Shown here: piece after piece, positions 29,719-39,247 of the stretch
Layout of the letters: each line of letters starts with the position of its first letter
Numbering within the stretch: the first letter of the stretch is position 1
Assembly (NCBI GenBank): GCA_965219455.1
Contig: OZ244744.1
Span: forward strand, 3,968,001 to 4,032,000
Length of the DNA stretch: 64,000 nt
Direction: 5' to 3'
DNA from: Candidatus Latescibacterota bacterium
Lineage (GTDB): Bacteria; Latescibacterota; UBA2968; GCA-2709665
Position numbers and translations under genes: made by a program
Notes under the pieces: model-generated
Databases searched by the model: none
What the model saw: only the letters and a program-made list of their open reading frames with translations
What the model was told of the DNA's origin: nothing

Positions 29719-32022
29719 ATGCCGGATGCACTGGTGGTGGTCGAGTCGCCTGCCAAGGCGAAAACGATTAACAAATTCCTCGGCAAAAGATTCAAGGTTA
29801 TGGCCAGTATGGGCCATGTGCGGGATCTGCCACCGAAGGAACTGGGAATTGATGTCGAAAACGGGTTCAAACCCACGTACCGGACCATTCGCGGACGGGA
29901 TAAATTCGTCAAGGCGCTTCGGTCGGCCTCCCGGTCGGCCGATCGGTTGATTCTGGCGACGGACCCGGACCGTGAGGGGGAAGCCATTGCCTGGCACGTG
30001 GCCGAGGCTCTCAAGCGGGGAGGCGATGCCCAGAGGGTGATGTTCAACGAGATTACGGAACGGGCGGTGAGGGAGGCGGTGGCCAACCCTTCCAGGATCG
30101 ACTCCAGGAAGGTAGACGCGCAGCAGGCCCGCAGGGTTCTGGACCGCCTGGTGGGGTACAAGGTCAGCCCGCTTCTGTGGAAAACGATTCATGGAGGTCT
30201 GAGCGCGGGGCGGGTGCAATCGGTTGCACTTCGCCTGATCTGCGAGCGGGAGGCGGCGATTGTTGCGTTTGTTCCGAAAGAATACTGGACCATAGACGTG
30301 AAGTTGAAGCGAGAGGATACCGTCCCGTTCAAAGCGCGGCTGTACAGGTTGAAGGGTGAGAAGCTGGAAGTAAAGAATCGGAATGAAGTGGACGCAATTT
30401 TGTCGGACCTTCGGGAGCTGGCGACGGATCCAACACCCCGGCTCGCCGACGTCGGAGTGTTGGATACACCCACCCCTGGCGGATATCGGATCGCAGACGT
30501 TAAAAGGCGGAAGCAGCGGCGCAACCCGTCTCCTCCCTTTATTACCAGTACGCTTCAGCAGGAGGCGTCCCGAAGGCTGCGGTATTCGGCTCGTAAGACG
30601 ATGCAGGTGGCCCAACAGCTCTATGAAGGCGTTGAGGTCCGGGGCGCCACGACCGATGCGAGCGAAACAACCGGTTTGATTACCTATATGCGAACCGACT
30701 CCACCCGGCTGGCAGGAGAGGCCGTATCCGCGGCAAGGGACTATATCCGGCAGCGTTTCGGAAAGGCCTATCTCCCGGCCAAAGCCAAGGCCTATCGAAA
30801 GGGGCAGGGCGCCCAGGATGCCCATGAGGCGATCCGCCCCACTGGTATCGAATATCCACCGCAGGCCATCGAGAAATATCTGACTGCGGATCAGGCGAAA
30901 CTGTATCGCCTGATCTGGGATCGGTTTATCGCGTGCCAGATGGCGTCGGCGGTATATAATCGGACGACGGTGGACATCCACGCGGGCGACTATGAGCTTC
31001 GAGTAACCGGATCCGTGCTGGAATTTGACGGCTTTACGGCGCTCTATACCGAGGGCACGGACGATGAGAACGAGGAAGCCGAGGCACGGCTGCCGGATGG
31101 TCTGAAGAAGGACGATGCCCTGATGATGATGGCACTGTTACCTGAGCAGCATTTCACAAAGCCTCCTCCGCGGTTCTCCGAGGCGACCCTCGTCAAGGAG
31201 TTGGAGTCGCGTGAAATAGGACGCCCCAGTACATATGCGCAGATTATCAGCACGCTCCAGGATCGGGACTATACGGAAATAAACAGCGGACGGTTCTCGC
31301 CATCGGACCTTGGCCGCACCGTAAACGGTATTCTGGTACAGGCGTTTCCCGACGTTTTCAACGTGGATTTCACGGCCCGTATGGAGGACGAACTCGACCA
31401 GGTCGAAAACGGCGAGGTGGTGTGGGTGAAGGTTGTCGAGGATTTCTACGGACCGTTTTGCAGGGATCTGGACCGGGCTGAAGGACAGCGAAAACAGATG
31501 AAGGCAGCGCTACAGGAGGAGACGGACAGAATCTGCGAGAAGTGCGGCAATGTCTTCGTAATCAAGTGGGGCCGAAATGGGCGTTTCCTGGCCTGTTCCG
31601 GATTTCCGGAGTGTCGCAATACACATCCACTCGAGGCGTCCGAGCCGGAACCATCGGGCGAGGTGTGCGAGAAATGTGGCTCGGAAATGGCGATCCGTAC
31701 CGGGCGGAACGGACGTTTTCTGGCCTGCTCGGGGTACCCGAAGTGTAAAAACACGCGGTCAATTTCGACGGGAGTGCCCTGTCCTCAGAAGGACTGCGAC
31801 GGCCAGCTCAAGGAACGGAGCAGCCGGCGGGGCAGGACGTTCTTCAGTTGCGGCAACTTCCCGAAGTGCACTTACGCGAGTTGGGACCGCCCGTTAAACC
31901 GGCCATGCCCGGTGTGCGAAGGACCGTTTCTGGCCGAACATACCGGTCGAAACGGTCAGACGTCCCTGCGGTGCCTGAAATGCAGGCATACGACCCCCGC
32001 CCAGGAAGCAGAAAAAACCTGA
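29719..32022 (+). CDS. topA: DNA topoisomerase I with C-terminal Zn ribbons
   Basis: VVESPAKAK, ATDPDREGE, SAGRVQS, catalytic ITYMRTD, GRPSTY, repeated CxxC..GRFLACS. Confidence 0.98.
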   Translation: MPDALVVVESPAKAKTINKFLGKRFKVMASMGHVRDLPPKELGIDVENGFKPTYRTIRGRDKFVKALRSASRSADRLILATDPDREGEAIAWHVAEALKRGGDAQRVMFNEITERAVREAVANPSRIDSRKVDAQQARRVLDRLVGYKVSPLLWKTIHGGLSAGRVQSVALRLICEREAAIVAFVPKEYWTIDVKLKREDTVPFKARLYRLKGEKLEVKNRNEVDAILSDLRELATDPTPRLADVGVLDTPTPGGYRIADVKRRKQRRNPSPPFITSTLQQEASRRLRYSARKTMQVAQQLYEGVEVRGATTDASETTGLITYMRTDSTRLAGEAVSAARDYIRQRFGKAYLPAKAKAYRKGQGAQDAHEAIRPTGIEYPPQAIEKYLTADQAKLYRLIWDRFIACQMASAVYNRTTVDIHAGDYELRVTGSVLEFDGFTALYTEGTDDENEEAEARLPDGLKKDDALMMMALLPEQHFTKPPPRFSEATLVKELESREIGRPSTYAQIISTLQDRDYTEINSGRFSPSDLGRTVNGILVQAFPDVFNVDFTARMEDELDQVENGEVVWVKVVEDFYGPFCRDLDRAEGQRKQMKAALQEETDRICEKCGNVFVIKWGRNGRFLACSGFPECRNTHPLEASEPEPSGEVCEKCGSEMAIRTGRNGRFLACSGYPKCKNTRSISTGVPCPQKDCDGQLKERSSRRGRTFFSCGNFPKCTYASWDRPLNRPCPVCEGPFLAEHTGRNGQTSLRCLKCRHTTPAQEAEKT
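30428..30465. repeat. Palindromic insert within the topA coding sequence
   Basis: ATCCAACAC-C-CCGGC-tcgccgac-GTCGG-A-GTGTTGGAT imperfect hairpin, encoding part of an extra ~20-aa segment. Confidence 0.6.
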
Positions 32023-32148
32023 GCCGATCGTCACTGCCGCGCCCGTAACTGCTGTTTTGCGCCGGATACCGACGTAAGCCATGTCGATACGTCCTCGCCA
32101 CGCCGCTTCAATGCAAAGACACGGGCTACATTGGAGGTATCTTTTTGT

Positions 32149-33054
32149 ATGAAGGAGCTTATCGTCGAATTTCTACGCCATCTCACTAACGAGCGTCGAT
32201 TGTCGCCGCATACCTGTCGGGCCTACCGGACGGACCTGGAACGGTTCCTGTCTTTCTTGCAAGTCCGATCGGGCGCGGAACACCCGGATGTGAGCGGGGT
32301 CGCTCGAGAGGACGTCCGGGCGTTCCTGGGGCATCTGAACGGCGCCGGATTCGGCAGGCGTTCAATCGCGCGGAAGCTGGCGTCGTTGCGCACGTTTTTT
32401 GCCTATCTCTGCAGGCTGGGCCATCAGGAGAAGAATCCGGCGCTGCAGGTCCGTCCGCCCAGGCAGGAGAAGAACTTACCGGTACATCTGGACCACGGGG
32501 AGGTGCGGCGGGTGCTGGAGAATCCGTCGCCGGATACGGCATTGGGTTTGCGAGACCGGGCGATTCTCGAGCTGTTTTACAGTTCCGGTATCCGGTTGCG
32601 CGAACTGGCGGAAATCAGTTTGGATAACCTGGACCTGGACAGCGGTACCGTCCGGGTGACGGGCAAGGGCGGTAAGGAGCGACTCGTGCCCGTCGGAAGG
32701 CCGGCTAGAGAAGCCCTGCGCCGGTATCTGATCCGCCGATCCGAACTATTGCCGGCCGATGCGCGCGAGGTTGACCGGCGGCGTTTTTTCCTTAGCCGTT
32801 CGGGTAGGGCGCTGAGCGCAAGCGGGGTTCAGGATCGGGTCGTGGGGCATCTCGAAAAGGCGACCGGCAGAAGGCGGTTGGGGCCGCATACCCTGCGGCA
32901 CACGTTTGCCACCCATCTGTTGGACGCGGGCGCCGATCTGAATGCGGTCAAAGAGATGCTTGGGCATGCGAGCCTGTCCACGACGCAGGTTTATACCCAC
33001 GTGAGCGTGGAACGACTGAAAAAGGCCTATCGGCAGGCGCATCCACGGGCGTAG
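32149..33054 (+). CDS. xerC: Tyrosine recombinase XerC
   Basis: RDRAILELFYSSGIR, GKGGKERLVP, HTLRHTFATHLL, LGHASLSTTQVY; canonical topA-xerC synteny. Confidence 0.93.
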   Translation: MKELIVEFLRHLTNERRLSPHTCRAYRTDLERFLSFLQVRSGAEHPDVSGVAREDVRAFLGHLNGAGFGRRSIARKLASLRTFFAYLCRLGHQEKNPALQVRPPRQEKNLPVHLDHGEVRRVLENPSPDTALGLRDRAILELFYSSGIRLRELAEISLDNLDLDSGTVRVTGKGGKERLVPVGRPAREALRRYLIRRSELLPADAREVDRRRFFLSRSGRALSASGVQDRVVGHLEKATGRRRLGPHTLRHTFATHLLDAGADLNAVKEMLGHASLSTTQVYTHVSVERLKKAYRQAHPRA

Positions 33055-33058
33055 CGAC

Positions 33059-34786
33059 GTGAGAACACTTAATCGGGTACGCTTTCCTATTTCCCTGTCG
33101 GAAAAGGCGACGCGTGTTCTTATTGGCCTCTTGCCGCTTCTCGCGGGAGCCTGCGCCAACCCCAGGCCTCCGCCTGGCGGACCACCGGACGTGATCCCGC
33201 CGCGGGTTGTCCACACGACGCCGGTGGCCGATTCCGTGGGCGTGGGAACGCAGACTCGCATCCACATCCGGTTCAGCGAATCCATGGACCGCCGTTCGGT
33301 GACGCGTGCGATTTTCGTTTCGCCCCGCTTTTCCACGGATCCGGATTTCAGGTGGCGCGGGCGGGAACTTGAAATTCGTCCGCGCGAAGGCCTCCGCGAG
33401 GACCGGACCTACGTGGTGGCGGTGGGCGCCGCGAGTTCCGACGAGTCGTTTAATCGTATGGAGGCGTCCTACAGTTTCGCGTTCTCCACGGGTCACCGGT
33501 TGAGTGGCGGTGAAATCCACGGACGCGTCCTCGTGCGTGACGGAAAGCGGGGTCAGGTCTACGTATGGGCGTACGATCTGGCGGGAGTTGGCGACCCCGA
33601 TCCTGCAGCCGCCTCCCCTGCTTATGTGACACAGCCCGGCGACGATGGAACGTACCGTTTTGTCCGATTGGGCGCGGGGCGGTACCGGATATTCGCATTC
33701 CGCGACGGGGACCGCGACCAGGCGTATACTCACGGCGAACCGCTTGCGGTACCGCCGGGGGATATCTCGCTCCGTTCGGGCGATAGCCGTGTGCAATTGG
33801 GCCTGCTGAAGATGGCGGTGCGTGACAGCGTACCGCCACGTTTTGTTGCGGCGCGGACACCCGATCGGCGACGGCTGTCCCTGCGGTTCGACGAACCCGT
33901 GGATTTACCCTCGCCGCCTCGCATTTCCGATTCCGACGGGTTCCTCGAGGTGGAGGCGGTCTACCCCGACGCAAGGGATCCCAGCCGGGTGTGGCTGGTT
34001 ACAAGTCCGCAGAAGGCCGAAATGGAATACCGTGTTGAATTGGGCGGAATTGCCGACCGGTTCGGCAATGCGATTGCGCCGGGCGAAGTGGCAACGGTGC
34101 GTGGCGAGGGACAGCCCGACCGACGTGCGCCCGATCCGGTTCGTGTTGATCCGGACGTGGGAGCAAGGCATATTTCGCAAAACGCGGAGTTGCGGATCGA
34201 TTTCAACGAGGCCATGGACCCTTCGACGGATCCTGAGTTTTGGGTGGCTTCCGACAGTACGGACGTCCCGGAGGGACGGTTTTCGTGGCCGCGGCTCAAC
34301 CGGCTTGCGTTTCGGCCCGACGAGGCATGGGTCGCCGGTGAGAACTACGTTCTAAAGGCGCCGGCCAGTAAGCTTTCCGACGTTTCCGGAAACCCGGGCG
34401 AGGGCGAGATCGTTTTCCGGTTTACGGTTGCGTCTCCCAGGGATCAGGGCGCCGTGAGTGGTGCGGTTGTCTCCTCCGACACGCCGATCATGGTCCAGGC
34501 GCAATCACTTTCAGGCCCTGAACGCACGCACGCAGTCAGGGTTGCGCCCGGTGATTCTACCTATTTTCTGGATGCATTGCCGCCCGGACGCTACCGGGTG
34601 CTGGCCTTCGGAGACATTGACGGCAACCGTACGTGGACGCCGGGCGTGGCCAGACCCTTCGCTCCCGCCGAACCCATGTCCTCGCTTCATGATACGATAG
34701 AGGTCGCCCCCCGATGGGAGACCGCCGCCGAGGAGCGGCTCCACATTCAGGCCTGGGTGGAGTCAGGACTTACCAGGGAGAAATAG
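33059..34786 (+). CDS. Ig-like (Big_5) domain lipoprotein
   Basis: LAGACANPRPPPGGPPDVIPP lipobox/family motif, IRFSESMD, IDFNEAMD. Confidence 0.85.
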   Translation: MRTLNRVRFPISLSEKATRVLIGLLPLLAGACANPRPPPGGPPDVIPPRVVHTTPVADSVGVGTQTRIHIRFSESMDRRSVTRAIFVSPRFSTDPDFRWRGRELEIRPREGLREDRTYVVAVGAASSDESFNRMEASYSFAFSTGHRLSGGEIHGRVLVRDGKRGQVYVWAYDLAGVGDPDPAAASPAYVTQPGDDGTYRFVRLGAGRYRIFAFRDGDRDQAYTHGEPLAVPPGDISLRSGDSRVQLGLLKMAVRDSVPPRFVAARTPDRRRLSLRFDEPVDLPSPPRISDSDGFLEVEAVYPDARDPSRVWLVTSPQKAEMEYRVELGGIADRFGNAIAPGEVATVRGEGQPDRRAPDPVRVDPDVGARHISQNAELRIDFNEAMDPSTDPEFWVASDSTDVPEGRFSWPRLNRLAFRPDEAWVAGENYVLKAPASKLSDVSGNPGEGEIVFRFTVASPRDQGAVSGAVVSSDTPIMVQAQSLSGPERTHAVRVAPGDSTYFLDALPPGRYRVLAFGDIDGNRTWTPGVARPFAPAEPMSSLHDTIEVAPRWETAAEERLHIQAWVESGLTREK

Positions 34787-34788
34787 CC

Positions 34789-35181
34789 GTGCCCAAAGCA
34801 TCGGAACGTGGCCTTTCCGTCGGGAAGCATTTTACGCCGGCCCTGCTGCTGGTCCTGTTCTGCGCGCTGATTGTCTACCGGCTAACAGCGCAGTCGCCAC
34901 AGGACGGCGAACGCACCCGCGCCCGAATGCACCTGGAGTTGATCTACCGGCTGGAGAGCGCCCACCTGAAGGAATTCGGAACTTATCTGCCCATAGACCG
35001 TGAAAAAAACGGCGGAATCCTCAAATTGAACGAGGTTCCGGGCAGATTCCGTTACCGGGTAACGGTGGAAGGGTCGACATTCGTTGCGGAAGCAAGGGCG
35101 GATCTGGACGGAGACGGCCGGCATGAAGTGTGGTACGTCGATCAGGAGACGCCCGCGCCCGCGCTTTTTCAACAGGACTGA
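34789..35181 (+). CDS. Small membrane-anchored pilin-like protein
   Basis: One TM helix, then ARMHLELIYRLE..GTY and FVAEARADLDGDG..W, resembling type IV pilin globular domains. No canonical prepilin cleavage motif. Confidence 0.6.
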   Translation: MPKASERGLSVGKHFTPALLLVLFCALIVYRLTAQSPQDGERTRARMHLELIYRLESAHLKEFGTYLPIDREKNGGILKLNEVPGRFRYRVTVEGSTFVAEARADLDGDGRHEVWYVDQETPAPALFQQD

Positions 35182-35184
35182 GTC

Positions 35185-37740
35185 GTGAGACACAATATCG
35201 GAATCAGGACGCGTCGGTTATGCGCGTGGCTTGTCGTGCCCGCTCTGGCGGGCTGTTTTTTGGCGGCTCCCGTGTTTTCCTATGTGTTCCAGATGCACCG
35301 GAACAACCAGGGCCAGATCGTCACGGTGCGCTGGCCGGCCGGAAAAGCCCGCGCGATCGAATTCTGGCTTGAGATCGACCAGTTTCCCTATTTTGCCAAC
35401 CATGTGAAACGCCTGGTACGCGACGGTTTCGTCGCGTGGGAGGACGTGCCGATTTCATTCGCGGCGTTCAGGAGCCGCGGCGTGGCCGATCTGGAAGTGT
35501 CAGCGACAGACGGGAAGAACGTCATTACCTTTGACCGGAGCGCCCGGAATTTTCCCGAACGCGGCGGTGGTGGTGTGATCGCGTTCGCGCGGATGAATTG
35601 GGACGTTCAGGGACACATTACCGACGTGGATATCGTCTTCAACGGGCGAGACTATTCCTATTCCGTGGGAAATCCCAACGCGGAGAGCAGTCTGGTGGAT
35701 ATGCAGGACGTGCTGACCCACGAGGTCGGCCACCTGCTGGGCCTTGCCCATTCACCGCTGGCGGGTGAGCCAACAGTTCGTCCGTCCATGTATCCCTTTT
35801 ACTTCGGCGAGGAAAGGACCCTTACAACCGACGACCGTGCGGGGGTCGCGGCGCTGTACCCATCGGCAGAGGCGAGAATATCCACCGGCGCGATTTCCGG
35901 CGAGGTGACAAACCGGGACGGCGAAGGCGTATTCGGCGTGCACGTGGTGGCATACCACGCGGAAAGCGGCGCGTTCGCCGCGGGCGTCCTGTCCGGAACG
36001 ACAGGTGAGAACCGGGGGATCGGCGGAGATGGGGCCTATGAAATCAAGGGCCTGCCACCGGGTGAATATCACGTGGGCATCGAACCGGTGGGCGGGTCGG
36101 TGACCACGCGGAATTTCAGCGGCATTTACACCCGGTTCGAGGCCGGCTTCCCTGAGGAGTATTACGACAACCGGGCGATTCGGGGCGTTGCCGACGTGGT
36201 TCGAGTCGCCGCGGGCAGAAGCGTCGCGGAGGTCAACTTTACGCTGGGTACGGCGCTACCGGGCTTTCCGGACGTTCAACCGTCCGTTCTTCCGAACAAC
36301 ACGCCCAGCCCGGCAGGGCCGTATCGACTACAGGTCCGCATTCTGGACGAGGACCCCATTGCTTCCGTCGAGGTGGACTACCGGATCGACGGCGGGTCCG
36401 TCCGGACAATGATGTTGCAGCCGGACCACGGACGGTTTTATTCCGCCGAGTTTCCCGGACGGAAGCGCGGAACGGTGTTTACCTATCGTTTCCGGGCGCA
36501 GGACAGCCAGGGCAATGAGACGGTCTATCCCGCCGAGGAACTGCCGGAACTCCGGTTTGAAGTGCTTGCGCTTTCCGGTGAGCCGGTCGTGTACGTGGCG
36601 CTGCGTCGATCGCGGCAGTTGGCGGTGTTTGATACGGGCCTGGACCGCGAAGTGGCCCGCATACCGCTGGGTGGCGACCCCTTGAGCGTGTTGTTGACAC
36701 CCGACGAGCGATTTGTGTACGTGGCCAACAACGGCGCCGATGCGGATGGCGCGGAAAACAAGCTGATGGCGATCGACACGTCCACGCACGAAGTCCTGGT
36801 GACCCGGGTGGGGCGCGAGCCGCTGGATCTGGCGATGTCTCGAAACGGGTCACGCGTGTACGTGAGCAATGCCGCGGACCAGACCGTATCGGTGGTGGAC
36901 GTGGGCAGTCTGCGGGAAAGGCGGCGCATTTCCACGCCCGTTTCCGGTGAAGGGGAAGAGACACGCGGTCCGTTCGGCATTGCCGTGGGGCCCGAGGAAA
37001 AGTGGTTATACGCAGCGGACATCGACGGGGATCAGGTGATGGTGGTGGATATTGAAGCCGGCCAGGTGACCCAGCGGATCGACGTGCCGGTCTCACCGCG
37101 GTCCCTTCTGCTTACCCCGTCCGGAGACCGGCTCTACGTATCCAGGTTCGGACGAAGCGGTAGCGGCGCTGGCATTTCGGTCATTGATACTAAGTCCTTC
37201 GAAGTAGTAAGCGAAATTGACCAGCCGTCCGCGAGCATCTTCCGGCTCGCCCTCTCCCCGGACGGGAAACGCCTGTATGCGACAGACCGGACCAACGCCA
37301 AGGTGCTGGTTATCAATACTGAACTGAATCGCGTTATTCTGAAGTGGGCATCACGCGGGCGCGAAACCCGCGACGTGGCCGTCTCCGCCGATGGAAAGAC
37401 GGTTTACGCGGCCAACCAGGATTCGAACGAACTGTTGTTTATCGATGCAGCGACAGGATTCATACGCAAAACACTCACGCTGGAAGACGGGCCCAGGGGC
37501 ATCGCCGTGCGAGGGCAGCCGGTCTACGAGGATACCCCGATTACCGATCCGAAACGCGCCGACTTCGACCGCGACGGCAGCGTGGGTTTCGGGGATTTCG
37601 TGCTCTTTGCCCGCGGTTTCGGCACCAGTTCCGGCGATCCGAATTTCGATGCGAATCTGGATCTGAACGGAGACGAACAGGTCAGCTTTGCGGATTTTAT
37701 CCTCTTCGCCGCGGTCTTTGGGATGTCAGCGGGGGGATAG
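35185..37740 (+). CDS. Secreted metzincin (matrixin/M10-like) protease + YVTN beta-propeller + EF-hand/dockerin-like tail
   Basis: HEVGHLLGLAH zinc motif with Met-turn (SMYP); YVAN/YVSN repeats; ADFDRDGSVGFGDF..DLNGDEQVSFADF. Confidence 0.88.
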   Translation: MRHNIGIRTRRLCAWLVVPALAGCFLAAPVFSYVFQMHRNNQGQIVTVRWPAGKARAIEFWLEIDQFPYFANHVKRLVRDGFVAWEDVPISFAAFRSRGVADLEVSATDGKNVITFDRSARNFPERGGGGVIAFARMNWDVQGHITDVDIVFNGRDYSYSVGNPNAESSLVDMQDVLTHEVGHLLGLAHSPLAGEPTVRPSMYPFYFGEERTLTTDDRAGVAALYPSAEARISTGAISGEVTNRDGEGVFGVHVVAYHAESGAFAAGVLSGTTGENRGIGGDGAYEIKGLPPGEYHVGIEPVGGSVTTRNFSGIYTRFEAGFPEEYYDNRAIRGVADVVRVAAGRSVAEVNFTLGTALPGFPDVQPSVLPNNTPSPAGPYRLQVRILDEDPIASVEVDYRIDGGSVRTMMLQPDHGRFYSAEFPGRKRGTVFTYRFRAQDSQGNETVYPAEELPELRFEVLALSGEPVVYVALRRSRQLAVFDTGLDREVARIPLGGDPLSVLLTPDERFVYVANNGADADGAENKLMAIDTSTHEVLVTRVGREPLDLAMSRNGSRVYVSNAADQTVSVVDVGSLRERRRISTPVSGEGEETRGPFGIAVGPEEKWLYAADIDGDQVMVVDIEAGQVTQRIDVPVSPRSLLLTPSGDRLYVSRFGRSGSGAGISVIDTKSFEVVSEIDQPSASIFRLALSPDGKRLYATDRTNAKVLVINTELNRVILKWASRGRETRDVAVSADGKTVYAANQDSNELLFIDAATGFIRKTLTLEDGPRGIAVRGQPVYEDTPITDPKRADFDRDGSVGFGDFVLFARGFGTSSGDPNFDANLDLNGDEQVSFADFILFAAVFGMSAGG

Positions 37741-37812
37741 AAAAGAAATCGTCGAGTACGGACAAACGTCGCGACGAGATACCCACGACGCAAAATCCCG
37801 TTTGACGGCCCG

Positions 37813-37943
37813 ATCACTCCCCCCTTGCGGGGAAGTCGCCTGCCTGCGTCCGCAGGACAGGCAGGCAGAAGCCGAGCCGGTCCCCTGAGCCTGTCGAAGG
37901 GCTGGCGACGGCTGATGCGGTGGGGGAAATCAACGCCGTACCG
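37813..37943. repeat. Composite REP/MITE-like element, copy 1
   Basis: ATCACTCCCCCCTTG..GTCG[CCTGCCTG..CAGGCAGG]CAGAAGCCGAGCCGG..CCTGAGCCTGTCGAAGG..GGCGACGGCTGATGCGGTGGGGGAA; direct repeat of 38738-38865. Confidence 0.85.
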
Positions 37944-38037
37944 TAACCAAGCAGTGCGAATGAACATGCACCGATGATCTCGCGTAGCGGACTTATTGTA
38001 AGACTCCAATGGAACAAACCATTAGGTGAGGCGAAAA

Positions 38038-38250
38038 ATGCGTTTTACGGCCGTAGTGGAACACTGTAAGGAAACCGGGTTTTATGTCGGTTACGTGCCC
38101 GGCTTTGCTGGCGCGCATTCTCAGGGCGAGACTTTGGATGAATTAAACACAAACCTGACGGAAGTGATCGAGATGCTTGTTGAGGACGGCGAACCGATTC
38201 TCGAGTCCGAGTTTGTGGGAACGCAGCAGATTGTAACCTCAAATGTCTAA
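38038..38250 (+). CDS. hicB: HicB-family antitoxin (short, RNase H-like)
   Basis: FTAVVE..YVGYVPGFAGAHSQGETLDEL..NLTEVIEM. Confidence 0.92.
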   Translation: MRFTAVVEHCKETGFYVGYVPGFAGAHSQGETLDELNTNLTEVIEMLVEDGEPILESEFVGTQQIVTSNV

Positions 38251-38467
38251 AATACCAGTACTTAAGCCTCGGGAAGTGACTCGAATACTTGAATCGCTGC
38301 AATTTCGCGAAGTGCGTCAAAGAGGATCGCACAAGCAGTTTCGCCATTCGGATGGAAGAGCGACAACTGTACCGTTTCACAAAGGAAGAGATATTTCGCC
38401 GATATTGCTTCGGCGAATCGCAAGAGACATTGACATTACTGTTGAGGATTTGCTCAGGGCAAGATAG
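38243..38467 (+). CDS. hicA: HicA-family toxin
   Basis: VRQRGSHKQFRH.DGR.TTVPFH; overlaps the hicB stop (hicBA order). Confidence 0.93.
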   Translation: MSKIPVLKPREVTRILESLQFREVRQRGSHKQFRHSDGRATTVPFHKGRDISPILLRRIARDIDITVEDLLRAR

Positions 38468-38737
38468 AACATCCAGATTTGGAATTGGGATCCCTCGATT
38501 GGATTCACCGCACCTACGTCGGCAGAAGGGTCGAGGAGTTCTCTTAGCCGCGGACTTTGCCGTTCGCGATACGCTGACGACGCGTCCATCGGAATCATCC
38601 CTGCTGTCCTGCTGAGGAAGCCCTGTATGGCGTGCCCGGCACAGGCAGGTGCCAGGCTGACGAAGCATCTCCTGCTCGCGTCGGACGGTGACCGAGCTGT
38701 ATGTCATTCGCCGCGGCCGGACAGCAAGTACATCACT

Positions 38738-38865
38738 ATCACTCCCCCCTTGAGGGGGAGTCGCAGAAGCCGAGCCGGGTCCCTGAGCTTTCCTGCATTG
38801 AGCTTGTCGAAATGTCGAACGGCCGGCGACGGCTGATGCGGTGGGGGAATTTCGACCCCATACCG
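38738..38865. repeat. Composite REP/MITE-like element, copy 2
   Basis: Same scaffold as 37813-37943. It lacks the CCTGCCTG insert and has an extra nested GAGCTTGTCGAA segment. Confidence 0.85.
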
Positions 38866-38887
38866 CATGCAAGCATCTCGACACGTC

Positions 38888-38922
38888 AAGGGCTGGATTC
38901 AACTGGTGAATCCGGCCTTTTT
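38888..38922 (+). terminator. Rho-independent terminator
   Basis: AAGGGCTGGATTCA-actgg-TGAATCCGGCCTTT followed by a T-run. Confidence 0.75.
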
Positions 38923-38923
38923 C

Positions 38924-38951
38924 TTGACATTACCTGTGAGATGATTATAGT
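38924..38951 (+). promoter_or_regulatory. Sigma70-type promoter
   Basis: TTGACA-16-TATAGT immediately after the terminator. Confidence 0.65.
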
Positions 38952-38958
38952 ACTTCAT

Positions 38959-39168
38959 AAAGGCCACGTCGGCAGCGACCGTTGATCGACAAGGTTCTCT
39001 TCCGGATTGCGTCGTCGATCTATCTTCACTGTTGAACTGTCGACATGGACAGACCTTCGAAGGTACGCCGTTATTGATACGTAAAAACAGCTGCATGTCA
39101 CGGACCCATTAATCCCGCTTTGTCCAAGCGTGGATAGCGATGCCTTCATCATCGTTCGGCGTGACTTC
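38959..39168 (+). ncRNA. Candidate multi-stem structured RNA (unassigned)
   Basis: The 5' and 3' ends pair (CACGTCGG/TCGGCGTG); internal stems GATCGAC/GTCGATC, CTGTC/GACAG, ACCT/AGGT and ATCCCGCTT/AAGCGTGGAT; lies directly after a promoter. Confidence 0.4.
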
Positions 39169-39247
39169 GCGTTATCAATTGTCGTTTGGTTTTCAAAGGG
39201 CGGATTTCCTCACCGGTATTGTCACAATTCGTCTCCTGAGGCAAATT

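Noticed and set aside
32149-33054. Tyrosine recombinase as the island integrase
   Set aside because: Typical XerC next to topA, ~5 kb from the island, with no att sites seen.
37813-38865. CRISPR array
   Set aside because: Only two long repeat copies separated by genes; no regular repeat-spacer period and no cas genes in the window.
38959-39168. Retron msr-msd
   Set aside because: Terminal pairing is present, but no reverse transcriptase is encoded in the window.
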